Positions 17,940 through 24,136 of a stretch of DNA of 32,000 nt are shown here, piece by piece. The DNA is from Kineococcus radiotolerans SRS30216 = ATCC BAA-149. Lineage in GTDB: Bacteria; Actinomycetota; Actinomycetes; Actinomycetales; Kineococcaceae. Below the pieces are notes generated by a model. That model worked only from the letters and a program-made list of their open reading frames with translations, did not search any database and was not told the DNA's origin. Every line of letters starts with the position of its first letter. The first letter of the stretch is position 1. The position numbers and the translations under genes are program-made. The stretch spans positions 1 to 32,000 of the forward strand of contig NC_009664.2 of NCBI RefSeq assembly GCF_000017305.1. Direction: 5' to 3'.

Positions 17940-18507
17940 CCATCGGCCGCCTTCGAGGTGCTCACGTAGAACGACCTGGCCACGGCCATCCTGGGAAACC
18001 TGAGCGCGGCGACCCCTGCTGAGCGCAACCTCGCCCGCCGCGCCTTCCTGCCCGAGGTGGCCCACCGAACCGACGCGGAGGTCGCCCACCGAACCGACGC
18101 GGAGGTCGCCCACCGAACCGGCGCGGAGGTCACCGACATGATCGAGTTCCGTCACCCCATCATCGCTGGATCCAGCACCGCGACGGTCCGCTACCCCGCT
18201 ACCCCACTGACCCGCCGATTTACTGACCCCCCGATCCAGGACCTCGTCACCGAACTGCGGGCAGACAGCACAGACTTCGCCCGTCTCCGGCAGCGTCACC
18301 ACGCGCAGGCGCAGCCCGTGATCACCAAGACGTCCCGGCATCCGGGGGTGGCCTCGATCACCGTGGACTGCGACACGCCGCTGCTCCCCGACCATGACAG
18401 ACCGTGACCAGCAGCTGGTCCTCTACACCGCCGTCCCCGGCTCCCGCGACACCGATTCCCTCGAACTACCGCGCACGGTCATCGCGAAGTCGCTGAACGC
18501 CAGCTGA
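17940..18507 (+). pseudogene. MmyB-like regulator pseudogene (ligand-binding domain only)
   Basis: PSAAFEVLT*NDLATAILGNLSAATPAERNLARRAFL...DLVTELRADSTDFARLRQRHH...ITVDCDTPLLPDHDR, then after a +1 shift DQQLVLYTAVPGS...*. There is no HTH, an in-frame TAG at 17967, a repeat insert, and a frameshift near 18405. Confidence 0.6.
18054..18137. repeat. 24-bp tandem repeat x3.5
   Basis: GAGGTCGCCCACCGAACCGACGCG units encoding (EVAHRTDA)n within the pseudogene. Confidence 0.9.
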
Positions 18508-18633
18508 TCCACGCCCTTCTGCACAAGCACAGGTCCGCCCCGGCTCCAGTTGACTCTGACCTCGCCACACCGCAGTCCCTGCACCCCACCCTGCTGAGTT
18601 TCACACAATGAGTAAGCAGCACCCCACAGCAAC

Positions 18634-19341
18634 GGTGAGCGCTTCGCCACCGGAGTCCCCGGTGAGCTGCAGCTGTCCACCGGGCGGCTGCGTTACGTCA
18701 ACGCCGGGCACCCCGCCCCGCTGATGATGCGCGAGGGCAAGGTCGTCAAGGAGCTCGAAGGCGGCCGACGCATCATGCTCGGACTCGGTGACGGCCGGAG
18801 CGCCATCGCCGAGGAGTGGCTGCAGCCCGGTGACCGCATCGTCTTCTACACCGACGGCATCACCGAGGCACGCGACCGCGACGGGGACTTCTTCGGCCTA
18901 GACCGCCTCGTGGACCACCTGCACAGAGCCGCGACAGCGCAGCTGCCCGCACCGGAGACCCTGCGCCGCATCGCCCACGACGTCCTGGACCGTCAAGGCG
19001 GCGTCCTGCAGGACGACGCCACATTGCTCATCGCCGAGTGGGCCACCACACGCGAACGCGCCCTCGTGTCCGCAGACGACATCGCCGCGCACGAACTGTC
19101 CCCCACCCACCGCGACCGCGAGGACACCCCCCCGCCGCTGACCACGGCCCAGGTGCGCCTAGGCCGGACGTCGCGACCACCGCTGCGGACACGAAGGCGC
19201 ACACCAGCCAGGATGGACACCAGTCAGGCAGACACAGGGGCCGATCCCGCAGGCCCGTCTTCTCCTACCCCGTCGAGGCGACGCGGATGGCGCGGATGGC
19301 GCGGATGGCGCTTGGCAGCATCGAGGGCGCCGTGGTTCTAG
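18634..19341 (+). pseudogene. truncated 3' copy of the PP2C/SpoIIE phosphatase gene
   Basis: Positions 18634-19068 align without gaps to 28299-28733 of the intact gene (GERFATG...YTDGITEARD...LLIAEWA). The frame opens just after a TAA around 18610, so the N-terminal two thirds are missing. The tail (19069-19341) is unrelated Arg/Pro-rich sequence. Confidence 0.7.
19282..19308. repeat. 9-bp tandem repeat x3 (CGCGGATGG)
   Basis: Read directly from the sequence, 30 nt beyond the stop of the minus-strand NTF2-like gene. Confidence 0.9.
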
Positions 19342-19763
19342 AAGGTGGTGACGGTGGAGCGCGAGGCCAGCCAGGCCCCACCCACACACGTGAAGTCCAC
19401 CGTGAAGCGCAGAGGCCAGGCGTCGTGGTCGCCGTAGACGGTGGCCCGCACCACGACGTCGCTGGTCAAGACCGAGTTGTCGCCGTCGGTGTGCACGCTC
19501 GTGCAGACCTCCTCGGCGTCCTGGTAGTCGAAGACCCCGTCCTCGATCTGCTGCATCCACTCGCTCTTGGCCTGCACGTAGCCGCTGGTGTGCGTCAGAG
19601 TGAAAGCGCCGGTCAGCAGGTGAGCGAGCTGCACGGTGTCCCCGGCCACCATCGCCTCCAGCTGCGCCCGGAAGTTCTGCACGATCTCCCGGCTAACCTG
19701 CTCGTCGATCGCGTTCACGCTCTCCCTCCGCCGCATCCTCAACCCTCGAATCGTGATCCTCAT
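19338..19763 (-). CDS. NTF2-like (SnoaL/DUF4440-type) small protein
   Basis: 141-aa ORF. The length and pattern (...FRAQLEAMVAGDTVQLAHLL...FTLTHTSGYVQAKSEWMQQIEDG...) resemble NTF2-fold proteins. Three possible starts each have an SD-like upstream sequence (ATG 19763, ATG 19736, GTG 19718). Confidence 0.6.
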   Translation of the reverse strand: MRITIRGLRMRRRESVNAIDEQVSREIVQNFRAQLEAMVAGDTVQLAHLLTGAFTLTHTSGYVQAKSEWMQQIEDGVFDYQDAEEVCTSVHTDGDNSVLTSDVVVRATVYGDHDAWPLRFTVDFTCVGGAWLASRSTVTTF

Positions 19764-20105
19764 CCTCGACCTCCGTCGCTGCGCTCAGTCCTTAGAACGG
19801 GATTGGGAATTGGAAGGGGAAGCGACGGCCGTACGTTCCCGGAGTGATGTCGCCTGGCTCAGGACCGCACCTCATCGGCCGGTGTGCTTCCGGCGCGTCG
19901 AGCTCGGCCGACTGCTCGCTGTCGAACTGGACGCCGCAGACGTGGCGCTCACCGCGACGCACCGGGGGTGGCCAACCAGGACATCAGCTCCTGCTCAACG
20001 GCGGCCCTGCGCGTGGGCTACAGGGCTGCCTCGGTGGCGTAGGGTCCGGCACCTTCGGAGCTCGGTGGATTCGCGCCGGTCGACGACACCGGCGGGGTGG
20101 TTGTC

Positions 20106-22034
20106 TCAGGCTGCCCACTGGGCGGTGAGGGCTTCGGCGGGTTGAGGGTGCCCGCAGTGGAAGCCCTGCAGGTAGTGGCAGCCGGCGTCGGTGACCTGAC
20201 TGGCTTGCGCAGCGGTTTCCACGCCTTCGGCGATGACCTGCAGGTCCAGGCTGGTGGCCACCGTGACCACCGCGTCCACCAGGGCCCGCCGGCGCGGGTC
20301 GTGCCCGAGACCGGCGATGAAGCTGCGGTCGATCTTGGCCATCTGCACCGGCAGCTCCACCAGACGCGACAAGGAGGAGTAACCGGTGCCGAAGTCGTCG
20401 ATGGACAGCGGGTGCCCGCGATGTTCCTGCTCCTGCAGGACAGGCAGGACCTCGGGGTTGCTGAAGCTGTCCTCGACCACTTCCAGACCCAACTGCTGCG
20501 CATGCAGGTCATGAGTGCGCAGCGCGGTGGCCAAGGTGGTGGTCAGGGCCGGGTCGACGAGTTCGCGGGCGCTGAGATTGACGTAGGCGCTGTACGGCGC
20601 CCCCCGCCGCAGCTCGCGGCGCCACCGGCTCATCTGGGCGCAGGTCTCATCGATGACCCACCTCCCGATCTCCACGATCAACCCGGTATCCACCGCCAGG
20701 TCGACGAACCGCGCGGCGGGCAGCAACCCGCGCTGAGGGTGCTGCCAGCGCAGCAGGGCCTCCACCGCGTGCACGCCACCACCAGGCTCGGTGATGGGCT
20801 GGTAGTGCACCTGCAGCTGATCGTGGGTCAGGGCCTGGGCGAGCTGACGTTCGAGGTGACGCCCCGGACGCTGGGCACTTCGAGCAGCGACACCAGCGCT
20901 GCCACCAGCGCCGCCGCCAGCGCTGCCCCTGCTCACCTCGGTCAGACCGATCACGCCGCCGCGGCCGTGCTGCTCATCGCGTATGCCCTGCTTCACCCGG
21001 CTGTCCCGCTTCGCGCGGTACATCGCCTCATCGGCCGCGGCCAGCAGGTCATCGGCGCTGGGGTGCTCCTCGCTGAGCGCCACCCCGATAGTGGCCCCGA
21101 CCATCAGGTCCACGCCGGCGACGTGGACAGGACGGGCCAGGGCTCGGCGCAGACGAGACGTGACGGCGTGCACGTGCCGGTCAACCTCGCCCCCATCGCC
21201 CGGGCCGCCCGAGCTGGCTCGGGGAAGGTCCTCGCACAGCAGGACGAACTCGTCCCCGGCGAGCCGGGCCAAGGTGTCCTCCTGACGCAGGGAGGCGTTC
21301 ATGCGGGTGGCCACCGTCGCCAACACGGTGTCCCCGGCGGCGTGGCCGAGGGTGTCGTTGACGGCCTTGAAGCGGTCGAGGTCGATGAAGAAGACCGCGA
21401 CGGTGCGCTGGTGGCGCCGCGCGGCGTGCAGGGCGTGCTCGAGCCGGTCGAAGAGCAGAGTCCGGTTGGGTAGCCCGGTCAGGCCGTCGTGGGTGCCGGC
21501 ATGAGCCAGTTCCTGCTGAGCCTGCAGCGCCTGGGCGCGATCAGCGGCCATCACCAGGTAGGACACCGCCACGTGCGCCAGCAGGTGCGCCCACTGCAGT
21601 TCCTGCTGGCCCCAGGTGCCGGCCTCGCGGCGGTAGAGGTCCAGCACCCCCCACACCCGCCCGCGGCTGATCAGCGGTACCGCGATCACCGAGCGGAACC
21701 CCTCCTCCAGGACCCGCTGCACGAACTCCGGCCACGCCGTCTGGACCGGGTCGTGCAGGTCGTCGACGACGACGTCGACGTGGAAGAGCAGCGCGTCGTG
21801 GCAGGGCCCTTCTTGCATCAGCTGCTGCAGCTTCTCCGCCGAGCCCACGTCGGCGCGGTCGGCGTGGACGAAACGCAGCAGTTCCCCGTCGTTGATCATG
21901 ACGCCGGCGCCGTCGACGTCCAGGTGCTCGGTGGTGATGTCCACCAGGTGCTTGAGGAGGTCCTCGGGGTCGGCCTGCCCGCTGGCCGCGGTCGCCAGCT
22001 CCGCCAGCGCGCCGGTCATCGCCTCGGTGTTCAC
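20106..22034 (-). CDS. GAF-GGDEF-EAL c-di-GMP turnover protein
   Basis: N-terminal GAF (GPCHDA..., AVPLISRGRVWGVLDLY). GGDEF domain (GLTGLPNR, DLDRFKAVNDTLGHAAGD, RLAGDEFVLL). EAL domain (HAVEALLRW, NLSAREL, DDFGTGYSSL, KIDRSF, AEGVET, QGF). Start at GTG 22034 or ATG 22019. Confidence 0.9.
   Translation of the reverse strand: MNTEAMTGALAELATAASGQADPEDLLKHLVDITTEHLDVDGAGVMINDGELLRFVHADRADVGSAEKLQQLMQEGPCHDALLFHVDVVVDDLHDPVQTAWPEFVQRVLEEGFRSVIAVPLISRGRVWGVLDLYRREAGTWGQQELQWAHLLAHVAVSYLVMAADRAQALQAQQELAHAGTHDGLTGLPNRTLLFDRLEHALHAARRHQRTVAVFFIDLDRFKAVNDTLGHAAGDTVLATVATRMNASLRQEDTLARLAGDEFVLLCEDLPRASSGGPGDGGEVDRHVHAVTSRLRRALARPVHVAGVDLMVGATIGVALSEEHPSADDLLAAADEAMYRAKRDSRVKQGIRDEQHGRGGVIGLTEVSRGSAGGGAGGSAGVAARSAQRPGRHLERQLAQALTHDQLQVHYQPITEPGGGVHAVEALLRWQHPQRGLLPAARFVDLAVDTGLIVEIGRWVIDETCAQMSRWRRELRRGAPYSAYVNLSARELVDPALTTTLATALRTHDLHAQQLGLEVVEDSFSNPEVLPVLQEQEHRGHPLSIDDFGTGYSSLSRLVELPVQMAKIDRSFIAGLGHDPRRRALVDAVVTVATSLDLQVIAEGVETAAQASQVTDAGCHYLQGFHCGHPQPAEALTAQWAA
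20891..20926 (-). repeat. in-frame 12-bp tandem repeat x3 in the GGDEF-EAL linker
   Basis: CACCAGCGCTGC, CACCAGCGCCGC, CGCCAGCGCTGC, encoding SAGGGAGGSAGV on the minus strand. Confidence 0.85.
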
Positions 22035-22048
22035 TGCGCCGCCGCCGG

Positions 22049-22084
22049 CCTCAACGACTGCCTGAACAAGTGCCTGAACACCTG
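22049..22084. repeat. 12-bp tandem repeat x3 (CCTGAACAAGTG-like)
   Basis: CCTCAACGACTG, CCTGAACAAGTG, CCTGAACACCTG, immediately upstream of the GGDEF-EAL start. Confidence 0.8.
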
Positions 22085-22530
22085 CCCGAGCCGCCGCGTC
22101 GCGCGAGGTGGCTGCCCTGAGGGGGCATACAGCGGTGACGACTGTTCACCAAACTGGCTGCAGGAGCGCAAAGGTTGAGATTTCATCGGTCCACTGCCCT
22201 CGCTCGCACGGAGGCCGGTGTTAGACCCTGGGGTACAGAATACGCCGCTCGTGATCACTTGCTCGCTACGGTCGTGTCGGATCGGAGGCAACCGTTGGAA
22301 AGTCGACAAAACCGGCGGTCCTGAACTTGCGCGACGCAGCGGGCTGGAACCCGGCAGCGTTTCGCCAGCTGAAGCCCATTCCGTCGTGCCCGGGCCACGC
22401 GCCCCGGCCCGGTCGCGATGGGGTTACGTCAGCTGCGGGTCTTGTCCTCAGCACTACTTGGAATGTACTGCCGCGGGCCTCAGCACCCAGGACCCGTCTG
22501 ATCGACACCGGTCGAGGAAGAGGCGATGTT

Positions 22531-22911
22531 TCAGGGTGGCGGTGCCAGCAGCGCCATCTCGCACCACACCTGCACAACATGGGGCTCTCGCCTCCACCCC
22601 CACTGCTGGCTCAACGCGGAAAGCAGCAGCTCGGACTCCGCACCGACCTCGAAAGGGCCGTCCCCGGCGAGATCGACGACGACGGTCAGCCCATCCAGGT
22701 CTTCTCGGACCGACACCGCTTTCGCCCAATGCTGCGGAGCGCCCACGGCGAAAAGCTCCCCAGCGGCTTGCACCAACTCCTCGGTGCGGTCCTCGCCGAC
22801 CCCGGCCTGCTCAGCGTAGACGGACAGGAAGCGGCGTGCCTGCGCCAACTCCTGCGCTCCGCCTGCCAGGTCAAGGCGGATCCGATCCCCGGCATACGTG
22901 TGGGAATTCAT
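22531..22911 (-). CDS. RsbW/SpoIIAB-like (HATPase_c_2-type) anti-sigma/kinase homolog with degenerate ATP-binding motifs
   Basis: Trimmed to ATG 22911 (MNSHTYAGDRIRLDL...), with GGAGGAGG 8 nt upstream. The ATG overlaps the STAS stop (ATGA). The layout (L.L......L...R.F....AEQAG...D....L..A..EL, ...VVVDLAGDGPF, ...LLSALSQQWGW......VWCEM) resembles short RsbW-type proteins, but ELFAVGAPQH sits where the N-box Asn is expected. Confidence 0.55.
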   Translation of the reverse strand: MNSHTYAGDRIRLDLAGGAQELAQARRFLSVYAEQAGVGEDRTEELVQAAGELFAVGAPQHWAKAVSVREDLDGLTVVVDLAGDGPFEVGAESELLLSALSQQWGWRREPHVVQVWCEMALLAPPP

Positions 22912-23348
22912 GCGCCCCCCTCCTCCGCCCACGCCCGCGAGACGCGGAAGTCGAGAACCGCGGGGAGGGCGAAAAGCTCCACCAGAGCCATCAGGTGCGG
23001 TTGAAGGCCGCACACCTGCAAGGAGTTGCCAACGCCTTCGGCGCGTTGCGACAAGGCCACCAGCAGGCCCAAGACCGCGCAGTCCAGGAACGTCACTGCC
23101 GACAGATCCAGGACGACCCGTTCAGCGATGTCGACGACCGGCTCAACCTGTTCGCGAATCCACGCTAAATCGCCCATGTCCAGCTCACCGCACAACGCCA
23201 CCGTGCACGGCTGGGCGGGGCGAGGACTCTGATCAGGGGCAGGAGGACGCGGCTGAGCGGCCGGAGAACGGTGAAGCGCAGAAGCATGATCAGTGGAACA
23301 TCGGGGCTGTTGGCTACGGGAAGCGGTCAGGAGCTGGGTCACGGCCAC
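22908..23348 (-). CDS. STAS-domain protein (anti-sigma-factor antagonist family)
   Basis: CTVALCGELDMGDLAWIREQVEPVVDIAERVVLDLSAVTFLDCAVLGLLVAL...LQVCGLQPHLMALVELFALPAVL matches the SpoIIAA/RsbV pattern. The only in-frame starts upstream of the fold are GTG 23348 and 23342, giving a roughly 50-aa Pro/Gln/Ser-rich extension. No clear SD. Confidence 0.75.
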   Translation of the reverse strand: MAVTQLLTASRSQQPRCSTDHASALHRSPAAQPRPPAPDQSPRPAQPCTVALCGELDMGDLAWIREQVEPVVDIAERVVLDLSAVTFLDCAVLGLLVALSQRAEGVGNSLQVCGLQPHLMALVELFALPAVLDFRVSRAWAEEGGA

Positions 23349-23662
23349 CTCGCGGAAGGAGCAAAGGCCGGGCCTGACTTTGGACCCACCCGAAGGCTAA
23401 GCCCCCTCCTCGGGGGCCGCAAGACGCCTGCCAGGACCCTGTCGCCCTCCAGCCGGGGCAATCTTCACCTTCGGCAATGCCCACCCGCCCCTTGTGCCCC
23501 CCTTGCGGGATGGGCCAAGGTCCATTCCGCACCCGGCGCTTGAGCATTACGTCTGCGGGCGCAGCTGATGAGTCCCGCCTCCGCCGTTGCAGCCCCAGGC
23601 CCAGGTGCTCTTGCTGGCCCGGGATGTTGTGCGATGCGGGCGCCTGGGCTCGCAGGGCTAGG

Positions 23663-24022
23663 TCAGGGGCGTTTGCGGTCCAGGTGCTGCAGCAGGTCGT
23701 CAGCGGCCTGCTCGATCTCGGAGTGGTCGTTCTGCGCGGCGCGCTGCTTAGCGTGGATGAGCGCGGCCCGGTTCACCGTCGAGAAGTCCCCGTAGGGGAA
23801 GTGGTAACGCTTCTTGGTGCGCTCGGAGGCGTCGGGGTCGATGGCCAGGTGCCAGCGGGCGTACTGCTCCCACCCCTCGTCGTCGAGCTCGTCGTTGCCG
23901 TCGGCGGGCGAGGGCGCGGCCTGCGACCAGGCGGTGTCGTCGTCGTAGGTCCCTGCGTCGATCAGCTCGCGGGCCTGGTCGACGGCTTCCTGATTCACGC
24001 GGTAGCTCGGCATGCCGCTCAT
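23663..24022 (-). CDS. small acidic hypothetical protein
   Basis: 119-aa ORF with coding-like composition (MSGMPSYRVNQEAVDQARELIDAGTYDDD...KKRYHFPYGDFSTVNRAALIHAKQRAAQNDHSEI...). I recognise no family. Confidence 0.6.
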   Translation of the reverse strand: MSGMPSYRVNQEAVDQARELIDAGTYDDDTAWSQAAPSPADGNDELDDEGWEQYARWHLAIDPDASERTKKRYHFPYGDFSTVNRAALIHAKQRAAQNDHSEIEQAADDLLQHLDRKRP

Positions 24023-24136
24023 CTACCCGAGCTGCCTGCGCGCCAACCGCGACGTTGCGGTCCAACCCGGCTGAGACGCTTACCAGGCCCCGCCCCGTTG
24101 TGGCCAGCGGCAGCGGCAGCGACTAGGTCGGCGGTC

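Noticed and set aside
19792-19962. 56-codon minus-strand ORF (VRRGERHVCGVQFDSEQSAELDAPEAHRPMRCGPEPG...) faintly reminiscent of a zinc-ribbon (FmdB-like) peptide.
   Set aside because: It lacks the paired CxxC motifs and a ribosome-binding site, and GC3 decays in its second half. The evidence is insufficient.
20097-21473. 458-aa plus-strand ORF.
   Set aside because: It is antisense to the GAF-GGDEF-EAL gene and has no motifs.
22035-22530. A c-di-GMP (GEMM-type) riboswitch or other known RNA (RNase P, tmRNA, SRP, 6S) in the GGDEF-EAL leader.
   Set aside because: I could not find the conserved core sequences of these RNAs on either strand by eye. Only an Infernal/Rfam scan could settle this, so the region is kept as an unexplained leader and no RNA gene is called.
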